A stretch of DNA of 50,959 nt, counting the filler, from Diploschistes diacapsis (lineage: Eukaryota): the NCBI GenBank assembly GCA_023645945.1. It is 3 parts of 3 records of this genome, joined end to end, with 100 filler letters (N's around TTAATTAATTAA, not from the genome) between each part and the next. Parts side by side here need not be neighbours in the genome. Positions count along the whole stretch, not along the records: positions 17,058 to 33,966 come from JALAIB010000480.1; positions 34,067 to 50,959 come from JALAIB010000481.1; 1 more part is not named here. One strand, given 5' to 3'. Position 1 is the first letter of the stretch; the number at the start of each line of letters is the position of its first letter. Made by a program: the position numbers and the translations under genes. This document shows positions 22,517 through 34,773 of the stretch, in pieces. Below the pieces are notes generated by a model. That model did not search any database, was not told where the DNA came from, and was given only the letters and a program-made list of their open reading frames with translations.

Positions 22517-25500
22517 TCACGCTTTCAGCGGCGGCAGCTCCCCGTCGAAGTGTAGCTTCCATGCTATCGAGCAATTAGCATCGTCCCTTTATTTTGTTTG
22601 CACTGTGTGGCGATTGCCAGAAAACTTACTTGTTGGAAAGGGGAAATATGAGCCGTGGTTCTCGGTCATGTAAACGTAGAAACCACCTTCACGGGGAATC
22701 GTCTTCAACTGCCCTTGCGGACCGGGCGCACGACGCAGGTTCTTGAGCTTCCCAATCGTCTTGAGCATTGCTGTCAGAGCCACGCGAGAGGCGTCTCTTC
22801 CGAGACAGGTATGATCGCCAATGCCGTAATGGATATACGATTCCAGCGGACGGTCGATCTTTACCTCGTTGGGCTCCGGGTACTGTACAGGATCCTTGGC
22901 AGCGCCCACGAAGCTGCAGAACACCCTATCGCCAGGCTTAACCGGCACTTGGCGTCCGTCGTCGTCGATGGTCGTTGCGACTTCGCTTGTACGGTATGAT
23001 GCAAACGTGCCATGAAGTCTGATGCCCTCCATAGCGTAGTGCATAAGCTTGTCGAAAGCCTCTGGCGTGTCCTGGTGCGCGAGCTCCCGGATAGCCGGGA
23101 GATGCTGCTGGCCTTTTTCGGAGAGATAGAAGTCGAGAAGCTGAGTGAACACGATCGACTGGTTCGGTATCATGGCCGTTGCGACGGGCAATATCTGCGA
23201 CTGCACAATCTCTTCAACGCTGAGGCCACTCTCCAGCAACTTACGAACCATGTGAACGCCATACTCCTTTAGGGAGTTATGGTTCTCGCGGAACGAGTCA
23301 ACGACGCCAGAGACAAAGCCTGTCGCACTTGTGGCTCTGACGTTGATCTCTATGAGCTTGCCGAGCTGCTTTCCGAACGCTCTCGCGGCGTGCCTGAGCG
23401 GGAACGATTTCGGGGGATCGAAATCATAGAAGATGGCCGTGAACAGCAGGGCGATGATGGCCCAGAGCTCATGCTCCGAAAGCGCTCCGCGAGGATTGTC
23501 CTCCGATTTCATGGGCAAGTTGAATATATTCGCGGCGAAATGACAGTGTGCAATGTTCGTGACGTCTCTGGTCATATCCACTTGATTGACGCCAGCAATT
23601 CTGTACGAGTTCTCGTGAAGCAGGCGCAGCGTGATGTACTCGTAGAAGGACTGGATTTGCTGTTCCCAGTTGCTGTGATAGAGAGCCGTAGCCATTGTCC
23701 TCTTCTGCCGCCGGTGCAAGTCAGAGTCGCCACTGAGCATGAAGTCCCATGCTTTGGGCCCCATGGTGAACGCAGTGGCTTCGCCCCACAACACTTTAAA
23801 CTGTTGCGATCGTTCAAGCATGTACTTCGCGCCCTTGTACGAAGTGAGGACGATCCGTTCTGGAATATATTCTGGTCGGCCGTAGTCATAGTCGTCCTCT
23901 CTGCCCAGAGCTTGCATGATCTTTCGGTTTTCAGACGGCACCGTCATGGGATAGTGGGCGTAAATCGAATTTTGCTTGAAATGGTTCGGGAAAGCCCTTA
24001 GGAAGAGCTTGTAGAAGACGCAGCCCTGCTCGACGTTCATGTCGTACTGGACGGTGCTGTACCCCCAGTTCGTCAAGCCTTTCGGATGGTAGTCGGTGGT
24101 GTAGAATCGATCTGCTCGAACCAAGGTGACTGCATCAGAAAGTATGGCTCGGGAGACGGTGTAGGTTGGACAGATTCCCTATCAGGGTCAGTGCTTTGCC
24201 GTCGCACGCGGCCATTTTCACCTACCACCCCGGGGACCATGGGCATCTTGTGGTCCTCGGCTACGATACCAGGATAAAGCTCGACAAAGTCGGGATGCTC
24301 GTACAGATGGCGAAGCGCCTCGGATACTTTAGGATCTTGAGCCATATGGTCAGTTGTGGATGCCACATATCCTCAGGAAGTACAGTACCTGAGTTGATCT
24401 CCTCAAATGTCTGATGAGGCTTCAGACCGAAGAACTTCCGGAATTCGTTCAGTGAAGCACAATTCCAGTGACGGGCTTGGTTTATGCCGAGAATTTCTGC
24501 TGCTTTCAGCGCGGTAGGAACGTTCAAGGCTCCTGGGCAGCCAGCCACATCCTCGATGGAGCCTGCGATGATCTTTACGAGATCGCCATCTTCGAAGCTG
24601 CCGTCGGGCTTACGCTGCAGCCCAGCAAACGATCGCTTGATGGGATCCTTTGGCATAGAAGCCTCCCACTTTCCAAGACCCTGGAGGAGCTCGGGCAAAG
24701 ATATTTCAGAAGCCCTTTTACCGAATACTTCCTTGTACGTTTCTTCGATCCACCGCTCGTCCTTTTTGCTGATTGACGAATGCCATCGGTACACCAAGTT
24801 GAACTCGCAGCTGACCTGGTTCCCAGTTCCTCTAGGGGTATAGATGCTAGCGCTGGTGGTTCGCTTGTCCATCTCGAGTCTGGGATCCAAAGTCCACGTG
24901 GTGTTGCTGCGATTGAGGTTGACAATGGTCCGTAAATAATCGAGCAACGTAATGTTCATGTAGAGGCCGCAGGTAATGAGACGGCCTACATTGAACAGGT
25001 CGTAGTCATACTTTTTCCACGCTTGCTCAGCCATGTCCGGTGGCAGACCATTCCGCGGCTTCGTGAAGCGGCCATTCTCGTTGATAATCGCCAGCTGTTC
25101 GACGATGTAGTTGTGAAATCGATTGAACATGATGAGCAGAACCCCGGCACCTGGCGGCATTCCCATGACACGCTCTTCCATGAAGCAATCCGGTTTGATC
25201 TTGCCGTCCTTGAAAGTCCGGATCCAGTTCTGATCCTCTTCCGTATCGCCGTACAAGGTCGAAAGGTCGAGATAGCTTGAGGTCAGTGATTGGTTCATGT
25301 CTCTGTGATTGGTTTGGAAGAGATCGTGAATGATGAGTGTTGCCCAGTAGTATAATACCGAAGAAACTTTGTTCGGGTGCTCCTTGTACTCTCCGCGAGC
25401 GTAGATGCTGTCGAAGATGAGTCCAGGGTCGGGCAAAGACCCCGGTTGAAGCGTCTCTGGCCGCACGGAACGAGCATACGGGGTACCTGCAGCACCGAGC

Positions 25501-26287
25501 ATGGGCACATGGATATTCTGGGATGTCGTAAGATGCACGCCATGCTAAGAGAGTACGATTACTCACGTTATAAGAGCCGTCCGGCTGTCTGTACTGATAC
25601 TTATCCCCCAAATAGCTGGTGGGGGGGTGCTCGAGGTTGACCCACAGCTCGTTGAGAAAGGCATTCGTCAGGTCGGCGCGCTTCTTTGAATTTGAAGGCA
25701 ACGCCGCGACAAGCTTGGCCGATCTTAGCGAACACACAAACGAGGAAATACGTTGCTCGTACCTGAATGATTCTCTCCATGAGCAATGTCTTGTCGTCAG
25801 CCAATGCGCCGGTGGCTTTGCTGACGATGGTCTCTTCCAAAGTCTTGTAGTCCTTAAAGCCCAAGTGCTTGAGATCCTGGAAAAGAGAAGACGATGTGTC
25901 GTGCTCAATGTAAGAGCCATCGCCCGTTTGCGTAGGCAATGGTCTGGACGATGCCTGAATCAGTTGTGCAAACCGTTCAAACGAGCTCTCGACATCTCCA
26001 CGACCGACGCTGCGGTCCGGTTCAGACCACTGCCGCTTGGCTGCACCGCCGACGCTGGATCGTTTTGAAGCCCTCCGTTTGTCTGCAGCCCCGTTGGCGG
26101 CTCCGTTGGCGGCTCCGTTCATTCCGCTGCTCTCAGCATGACCGTTCGCGGCAGGGGAGCCATTCACGGCGGCCGTTCCGTTGGGAGGTCCTCCATTGGC
26201 AACTTCGCTCGATTCATAATTCCCATTCGCCAAGCCTACGTCTTCAGACTTCTTCTTGCGAAAAGTACTGCTCAATCTTTTCAACAT
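22517..26287 (-). CDS. ppoC: Psi-producing oxygenase (heme dioxygenase-cytochrome P450 fusion), PpoC/10R-DOX-like; exons 26287-25763, 25713-25567, 25517-24389, 24335-24226, 24178-22630, 22563-22517
   Basis: Distal His in IIHDLF, catalytic Tyr and proximal His in FNLVYRWH, DYLRTIVNL, P450 ExxR (EGIR) and heme-thiolate HYGIGDHTCLG. The MLKRLSSTFRKK N-terminus resembles PpoC. Confidence 0.92.
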
Positions 26288-28695
26288 GTTGAGATGGAGG
26301 GGGAAAGCAAAGGATGTTGGTAAAGAGAAACAAAAGGTAGAATGAGCAGAACTTTAGATCAAATCCAAAAAAAAAATTTGTAGGAATATGCAAGGACCAC
26401 GGCCAGCTACAACTCGTCCACCACAAGCTGAGGCGAACCAATCAGCTCTGAATTGGGAGCCCTTTTCACTTGGAGATACACACAAGCGCTAAGCAGACGT
26501 CATTGAACCCACCAGTGACGCTGCAGATTGAGGTAACACTTAGCGAATAGGATTCGGAACACAGTATTGCTTCTGAGCAGTGTTGGTTTCGCTTCGGAGC
26601 GTTCGGGTCTGTTGCATTGATATGTCGTGGGCCCAAGGCTTCTGGATATTGGTGGTCGATAAGGCACAGATACCGAGAGCACCCAAACCCACACTCTTTG
26701 GAGCTTGGAGACTAGCAGATCCCTCCAGGTAAATCATCGCTAAGCCGAGCAAGGATCACTTTAGGAGCGACTCTGATCGGATCTGGACCACCGCCAAACT
26801 GCGTATTACTCGGGCCCCGCTAAGCCCATACTAAATTGGAGAATTGAGACATGGCCCATGGCCGCAATGGTGCGGACAGAAAGGGGCACTTTGGTTGACA
26901 TGATTCGGGACAAGAGGGGGAGGGGGGGCCTTTCGAGTGAGCTGCAGATCAGGTATGGCCGAAGCCCCCTCTTTTTGATAGAGCATCTGCCGAAGGAAAG
27001 CATCCAACGACAGCCCGACGTAGAAAGAGCAAGCGATCTTGACCAGCCTCAACACATGTCGCGCAGCAATAGAGTGAAGAAGAAGAAGACTTAGTGAGGG
27101 GAAGCATGAGAAGAGGTTGTAAGTACTGCACATGTGGGAGTTATGCGCGCATCCACAAGTGGTATAACCTCCAACCCCACCCCAAGAACAGACAGGATGA
27201 GGAGTTGGATCAGGACTGGTGTGGGAGAGATCGAGGATCTGCTCTCGACTGTGTGATATTCAGGCTTTCAGCATCCCCATCTATGGTGTCGGTGTCGGTG
27301 TCGGTGTCGTGTCGTGTCGTTGTTGTGCAGTACTCAGTACTACCTACTTACTGCATAGTTACTACTAGTTGAAGTAGTAGACTAGTAGTGCAGCACGCTA
27401 AACCCTATCAATAAATTTTACGCTTCCGCAGTCACTCAGCGTTAAACCCAAATAGACTAACGCCCGCTGCTACTCCTCCGGAAAACAGCGGTCGGTTTGA
27501 GCTAGTTATCATCCACGATAGAGGTTTTTGTCTCGGATGAGGTCGACTAGTTGAAATCACGATGCTAATTGCCGTACTATTAAAGTATTGGACTAACGCG
27601 GGGGAGCGGGGACGCAGAAAGCTAAAGTTTTTCCCATGCTTAATTAACTCTGTAGTCCAACCACTCTACTGGGTACCTTGGATTATTATTCGTCTTGTTC
27701 TACTTTTTGTCTGAGTCTGTTCTGCTTTCATGAAGAGCCTTTTTGCTCTTTGCTCTGTTCCCCTTTGGGCCCCCTTTGGGTCGAGGCGCTACTACAGAGT
27801 AACACGAATAGCTTCAAGAGTCAGCCAGCTTCCAATTCCGTCCCATGGAGTGAGTATCTGGTACTTCATGAGGTTCCTCCGCTTGGTGCTACCCACATGT
27901 ACCAATCGTTGAACCAGACTAGCGAACGACTCCACATCTCGATTAGGATGCCCAACTTGAGACAGAGGAAAGTCCGGCAGACACTGACCCTCCTCAAGGC
28001 GCCGTAATAATACTTTCGTAATACTTTCGAGGCCGGAAAACACTTCCCGTATACGCTTAAACTAGCGCTCCTATTAACTCCTCAGTGTCTTCCTAGAGCA
28101 TACCCTAGAGCAGCAGCGATACTAGTCCCTACACGTCAATTATTGTTACCATCTAGCCATATACAACGATAGGTAGCAGCTCATGGCTTCAAATTTCCCC
28201 TCTCCGTCATCCTGTCTCAGTCCAGGTAGCCTTGGCCTCTGCTGTTGATTGCTAGATCTTCCTGCTTCGTGTGTAGCGTTTGCATAGCTCGTTGCTCTTG
28301 TTTTGTCATGACTAGCCCACTGCTCCACGCGCAAATCATTCTTGATAGTGAGTGGGAAAGCCCCGGTCCATCCGCGAATGCAAGTCGTGCCGCCAATCGC
28401 GATCGCCTCCTAACATATTAGTATCGAGAAATCTTACGGTGAAGCTTTCCCCCGCTTTAGTTGCTTGTGCTGGAAACCACCATTGGTCTTCTCGCTCTGA
28501 TGTTCGCGTGTAAACGAGTATATCAGGCCTGAGAAGGGTAGCACAGGAGTGGGTTTGGAGAACCACCTTATCACCCTGCAGAAGCTCCTCCAGACATGTT
28601 TCGAATAGAATAAATATCAGGAACATATTATTCTCACGATATAGCTTCGCAAAGCGTATCTTTTGATCCTATTGACTTAAAGGTCTTCCCCAAAG

Positions 28696-31164
28696 ATGGA
28701 TCCAACCCTTTCGTCTCCAAATTCAAAGCCTAAAAGAAGGACTTTCGGTACGTCTACCTGTCATGGATCAGCGTTCAAAACAGCGGAGGGCAGCGATCGA
28801 AGTCAGGCCTATCGCATGAAACTCAGCATAGACTCTCTTGTCCTTTGAATGAGTAATGAGGGTATTGAGGTAGCCTGATATGCTTAGATATCTCTCTTCC
28901 TCACCTCTCCGAGGCTAATATCTTATGCGATCTTGACTGACATACACACAGTCCTCTTCTTCGATGGAACAGGAAATAGATTCAGTGGCACCGACGCAGA
29001 CAGCAATATTTTGAAGATATTGCGGATGCTGGATCGTAGCGATGCAAGCCAAATCCATTACTATCAGGTAAGGGGAGCGCATCCTCTCGTCATTCAAACG
29101 CAGGCTAACAATGTGTACCAGCCTGGTGAGTTGTCGAAGAACCTTCTTGACATTGTTTCCGCCTATTTCTCGCGTGTTCATCTGCAGCCCCCGTGGCGCA
29201 TTTATGACTTGATTATCCTATTCCACTGAGTCGAGTTCCTTGGGCTTCAACCGCGGAATTCCCTAACCCAAACATTAGGCATCGGCACCTACGTGCAGAG
29301 CACTACGTATTCTCATACCAGCTTTATCACCAGATTCAATTCTTGGTTCCAGAAGACTCGCGACTCTGCCATTGGCAGCTCCTTTGCCGAGCATGTCATG
29401 GGGGGATATCAATTCCTGATGAAATACTATCGGCAAGGTGATGGTATGCGGACTTCCCATAGTGACGGAAACAAGTGAGTAACAGCTTAGACATATGTAT
29501 CTTTGGATTTAGCCGTGGATCCTATGTTGCCCGGTTCCTTGCTGAGATGTTGGATTATGTCGGGCTCTTAGAAGCTGGTAACGAGGAAATGGTAAGTCAG
29601 CTTGTTGCTTCCGTTCTCGGTCTTTCATATGGTTCAGCCGGCACCTGATGATGTCCTAGGCTCGATTTGCGTGGAAAGCATTTGCGAGATGGCAGCGTCG
29701 TTTGGATAACACAGAAGAAGAGAAGAGGGAGAAGAAGAAGATGTTCTATTTCTTGAAAGGTATCAGTTCACGATGCGTTCGCTTATCGGCTCGGGCTGAC
29801 CTGGTGCGAAGCTTTTCGAGACACATTTAGCCGCCCCGTGCGGCGAATTCGGTTCCTCGGACTCTTTGGTGAGACCCGGCCTGAGACACGCTGCACTGTG
29901 ACTAACTTCTAGAGACACCGTTAACTCCGTACCTCGTTTCGAGTCACGTTGGCTACAGAGAAGCAAGCACCCCTATACTGCCAAATCGTCAGCGATTGTG
30001 ATTAGGCATGCGGTGGCGATTGATGAACGGCGGGCCAAATTCCGGCAAGACCTGCTTGGGGAGTCGAGACCTCCGCGTCCGGGGTCTCACAATTCTCGTT
30101 CCGATGAAGGCCATCTTGGAGCGCCTGAGCAGACCCAAAAAGCTAACGAAGGCGAGGAAGAGCTGGACACGCGATATCGCCGCTCAAAAAAAAGAGGCCG
30201 CTCTTATGACAAGAGCGGAGGCCGACGTAGTAGCCGTATACATAACGCCAGCCCAAGTCGATCTCTGGGGTTGGCGAGCGAAGAAGACAGTACATATTCG
30301 ATGCTGCCAAGAGGGCACGAATCAGACGAGGACGGCGATGATTCTGATGATGAGGCTGACGAATCCATTCCTCAGGACGTGCAAGAGGTCTGGTTTCCAG
30401 GATGCCATGCAGATATTGGTGCGGGCTGGCCGCTGCAGGAAGGCGAAGAGATATCTCTCTCGCATGGCCCTCTGGTGTGGATGGTTCGTGAGGCCCAAAG
30501 AGCAGGTCTAAGATTCGATCAGGCCAAGGTGGAAGAGATGAAGTGCGGAGGGAATATGGGATATGAAGAAGAAAACGAAGCAGGAGTGGGTACTGAGCTT
30601 CACGGCTCGTTGATTCCTGAAGTGCATATTACTTCGACCGGAACGCCGGGAACAAGTGGCATGGCCGGCGGAGAACCGGGCACAACAGCTGCAGCAAAAA
30701 GATCCAAACTCCACGGCCACCTACACACAGCTGCTACAAAAGGCTGCATGCACGACGTCCTGAAATTCAAGAATGGCGTAACGAGAACTGGTGTCATTGC
30801 ATGGAACATCATGGAACATCTGCCATTCCGCCGCATGGACTTGCAACCGGACAACTCGTGGAAGCCAATCCGTTGGCCCCTACCTATGGGTGAGGTCCGT
30901 GACATCCCCGACTCGGCAGTCATCCACAACTCTGCTTTGCGTAGAATGGAAGCGAATGAGTCCTATCGCCCTGGAAACCTCATCATTGGGGGTGGAGGCC
31001 GTGGTATCCGGGTTGCTCCTAAGAAGTATGGCATGGGCGAGTGGGAGGTCATGCGTGACAAGGGGGATCCCATTGGAGAGTGCGTGATTCGAAAGCAGTC
31101 ATGCGGCCATAAACAAGTACAGCAGAATGGTCGAAGTGAAGACAAAGATTTTGAGAAGATCTAG
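28696..31164 (+). CDS. DUF2235 / Tle1-like alpha/beta-hydrolase (putative phospholipase); 8 exons including a 4-nt micro-exon (29122-29125)
   Basis: Spliced translation gives [21 protein letters not shown], the nucleophile elbow IFGFSRG (GFSRG at 29505-29519), [21 protein letters not shown] and [12 protein letters not shown]. Confidence 0.9.
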
Positions 31165-31640
31165 TCTTGTATGGAATGGTTGGGCTATACGATACTTTAG
31201 TAGCTTGTAGTTCTACCACAAGTTCTGCGGAGTAAGGATGTCCTGCCGCGATTGTTCAAGCCGCAGTTCTCGCAGTCCACTTTCACAGCCCTTCAAACGT
31301 TAGCAACCGAGTTGATGGACTGTCCCCTCATACGATAAGTTCCTGCTAACACCAAGCTATCAATTCTTCCCATCAGTCTTATCCTTTGGCCTGGCATGTA
31401 AAACTTCCTCTACCTTGATCGACCAAGTAACTGGCTCGTAAGAAAGTTGGACGCTGTTGTGGCCATCTATAGAGATTAACAAAGGTCTTCTTATATGCAT
31501 CCTAGACTACGGTAACATGTAAAAGCCGATTAGGTTCACAAAGCCATCACATATAACATAAAGAGAGGCTTTGATTTCCGAGCTTTTTGTCAAGTTGTAT
31601 GTTGATTAGATCATGCCTTTTGAAGTAACGTTGGGATTCC

Positions 31641-31667
31641 CCGTATCTCCGTATCTCCGTATCTCCG
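31641..31667 (+). repeat. (CCGTATCT)3 short tandem repeat
   Basis: ccgtatctccgtatctccgtatctccg read directly. Confidence 0.85.
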
Positions 31668-32227
31668 AAGTTCTTGGTTAGTGCATTTGTTTCGACCCCA
31701 ATTATTCTGATCACTTTTCACTTCTCGGGCGTTCTCGTCTGGCGTTCTCGCTAATGCGGCTTACTCTGTACGAATAAATACATTAGTAGTGGCTGTCGTT
31801 TCGCCCATTCCCACTTTATGGTTCTTCATCTTCCCTATATCCCTCCTTCTGCTCTCACGCGTTCCGCCCGCGAAGGTCCAGTTGCTAGTACTAGCACGAA
31901 ACCGCATCGCGTCCATCGGCCTCGTACCACTTCTAACGAAGCGGTTGAACCGGCGCGCCTATCATCGCCGGAAGAGAGGCGGGAAAACACCCGTAGGAGA
32001 GAGAGGCGTAACGTGTCGTGTGGAAGAGAGGTGTTAAAAGCCATCATTCCGTCGCTGCACCGGAGGCAGGGGAGGAGGAGGCGGCTATAATCGGAACCCC
32101 AACGGTCAAAGAAGAGGATTCTCAATTTCTTCCCCCCCTCTATCTGAGCCAGCTCTTCTCTGGATTTCACCTCGATTTCCTTTTCAGATATTAGTGACAG
32201 ACCAAAGATCCATACCGCGACAGCAAG

Positions 32228-32803
32228 ATGCGATCAACCCATGCGACCCCATATAACACCACTCCCGGCTTTCCCCTATCCCCTACAACGCATTCGCCAA
32301 CGCACCATCGTACAAATCCACCTAGCTCTTCGCGACGCAGAAACCGCCCAGAACTACGTCTTCCTTCACTTCCTGGACAATTCCACCCCCTCGTATACGA
32401 ATCACAGAACAACAGCAAAGCCAACAGTCCTATAACATCACGTCCATCCAGTTCTCATGATCCTCTTTCTCCTCAGCTCCGGGCCCGCAAAGGGATCGTT
32501 GCTCAAAGACAAGCACAGCAGATTCAGCAGTCCCAACGAGATGTGTTGGCTCGTGCAGCAACAGCTTTGATGGGACCAGCGCCGGCGACCGACACCCCAA
32601 AAGCACCATACCTCGTACCTCACGGGAGCCCAGGACCTGCTACTCCATTTGCGCTCGAGGAATCGAAGGACTACATGACAGCCGGAGCGATGGGCGAAGG
32701 GTCTCCTCAAAACGCCGCAGAAAAGTACGTTCGAGAAGAACAAGAGCGTCACAGCGGGATGCGAGCTGATCCGAGTTCACCTGCGGTCGGGCCCCGCTGC
32801 TAA
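32228..32803 (+). CDS. Hypothetical Ser/Pro-rich protein (5' end uncertain)
   Basis: 191-aa ORF. LRLPSLPGQFHP and PHGSPGPATPFALEE resemble motifs of uncharacterised Pezizomycotina proteins (from memory). Confidence 0.6.
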   Translation: MRSTHATPYNTTPGFPLSPTTHSPTHHRTNPPSSSRRRNRPELRLPSLPGQFHPLVYESQNNSKANSPITSRPSSSHDPLSPQLRARKGIVAQRQAQQIQQSQRDVLARAATALMGPAPATDTPKAPYLVPHGSPGPATPFALEESKDYMTAGAMGEGSPQNAAEKYVREEQERHSGMRADPSSPAVGPRC

Positions 32804-33966
32804 GGGGTTTGGAGTTGTCCTGCATTATCACCACAACATATGAATGTGCTTGCATTTCTCGTTCATTAGCATCCGGCCAAAGCATGTTAAATACCTGGCT
32901 ACGGCTACTCAGTAACAATGATTTGCATGTATCGAAGGTGTTATTAGGAAGGAGGCATCCAATGAAAGATGAAAACATATGATACCCCAATAGAGTAATG
33001 CAAAAGGTTTCAGTTGTGTTTTGGGTTTGTGCGCTCTCCGTCCCATTTCGCTCTCGTGGTTTCTGCAAGTACTAACGAGTCTTGCCCTCCCTTACGTTCC
33101 TTCTTTTGGCTCTACTGGACAAGCTGATGGAAGCGTATGTTTCAGCTTATTGGCATACCGGCATGCTGGGCATATTCACCATATTCTGGGGCATCGTCCT
33201 TGCATGATGTTTTGGCAACCCTAAGCCGAGCGACCTTGGACGGGTTGGGATCCGTCTCCGCGCAGGGGCAGTGGGCCGACAAGTGTGAACAAGGTTGGAC
33301 TATGAATGGTTCAAAGACGCCGATGATCGTTGTTTGTGTGGTGGTGGTGTTTGTCCCTTATCGCTGTTGCGTTGCGTGGATGAAGGTTGCGGAAAGGGTA
33401 TTTAGTTATACGAGGAGATTCTGTCGGAGGGAACAGTATTGCCAATGAGTTATTCTACATGTTACGCGATGCTTTTCCCTTGCATACATACATGTTCAAC
33501 TGAGAAGACGACCATCCCACACGATTCCTCTTCATGTCTAAGTGTCCCTATAATCAATCCCAACTCGCCCAGCTAAAACACCACCACACAAAAGTGGTAC
33601 ACACCTACCACATGTCCTCCCCTGGTAGTTCCTCTCGAATTTTGCATGCATGCGTGGGGAAGCCCTCAGTCCTTCTCTCAGGAATCACCGCTTCCAATTT
33701 ACCATCTCAATCCCCCCATTCCCCATCGCAGCAGCAAAAACCCCCTAATCACGTTAACACATACATATTCACCCAATATCGACGCGCCAAGACCCCCCGG
33801 CACGGAGCATCCAACCGACAAATTATAAAAATAATAATAATCACGACCCTAACCGCCTCGCCAGCCCAGCGCCCGCCGCTAGCGCCCGCACCGCAAAAGG
33901 CCCATATCCCGTCCAGGGGGCTTCTTAAAAGGTTAATAATAACAAAACAACGCCACAGCCCCAAAG

Positions 33967-34066
33967 NNNNNNNNNNNNNNNNNNNNNNNNNNNNNNNNNN
34001 NNNNNNNNNNTTAATTAATTAANNNNNNNNNNNNNNNNNNNNNNNNNNNNNNNNNNNNNNNNNNNN
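33967..34066. other. Artificial contig spacer N44-TTAATTAATTAA-N44
   Basis: Identical to the spacer at 16958-17057. Confidence 0.97.
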
Positions 34067-34773
34067 GGGTTGGGGTTGGGGTTGAGGTCGGCATTTTGGT
34101 GTATTGTGCTTTGGGTTGAGGTTTTCTGCTTGTGGCTGTTACTGTGCTTGGCGATGTTGCGTCTTGGAATGTCTGAGTAATCGGACAAGCTGTTGATGTT
34201 GCGTTGCTGATAATGGTCAGAGAGTCGAGAGGGGGGTTATAATGTTCATGATAGATAATGGGAACAATGTGGTTGGTTTCATGAATGAGCAAGACAATGT
34301 CGATGTGATATTGCATTGTTTCCATGCAGATCTTTGTTTCTTTGCTCCTTCCTCGACCGCCCGTGACCAATTCCCCTTTCTAACGATTCCCGGGAAACTC
34401 GAAGTATAATAAGCATAACGGGGTATAGATGCAGTACAAGCAAATAAATAATACACTCAACAGTAATGGCTAATATCAAACGCCTGCACTATGCAACCTG
34501 CGCTATGCAACGCATACTAAGTCAATACTGGCTGCGCGAAAAAGGCTGCGCCAAAATCCAATAAGAATACTCTGTGACCGTACTTGGGTATAGTCGGGTG
34601 CGTGTCCGCTACCATGAATGGCGCAATAGCTGTCATATTGAAACGACTTTCGAGTTCCTGGAGCTGGTATGGTGACAATGGAAACATGTCTCGTGGAGAT
34701 TGGTAAATTAACAATAGATCGTGTTTATGCCGATTTAGCGGGAACCCTTGGTGACGAGGACAGTCTCGGCTGC

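Noticed and set aside
26288..28695. SREBP binding sites in the ppo/DUF2235 divergent promoter
   Set aside because: Only partial ATCAC/ATCAT-like words were seen, at a level expected by chance.
34067..34087. GGGTTGGGGTTGGGGTT at a contig start (and ttaaccc at 16951-16957) as telomere
   Set aside because: Only 1-3 units and not a TTAGGG array; more likely simple repeats at assembly breaks.
33534..34370. ORFs ending in X...LIN around the second gap (also 17010-17198)
   Set aside because: They are terminated by or read through the synthetic linker and N runs, and consist of low-complexity sequence.
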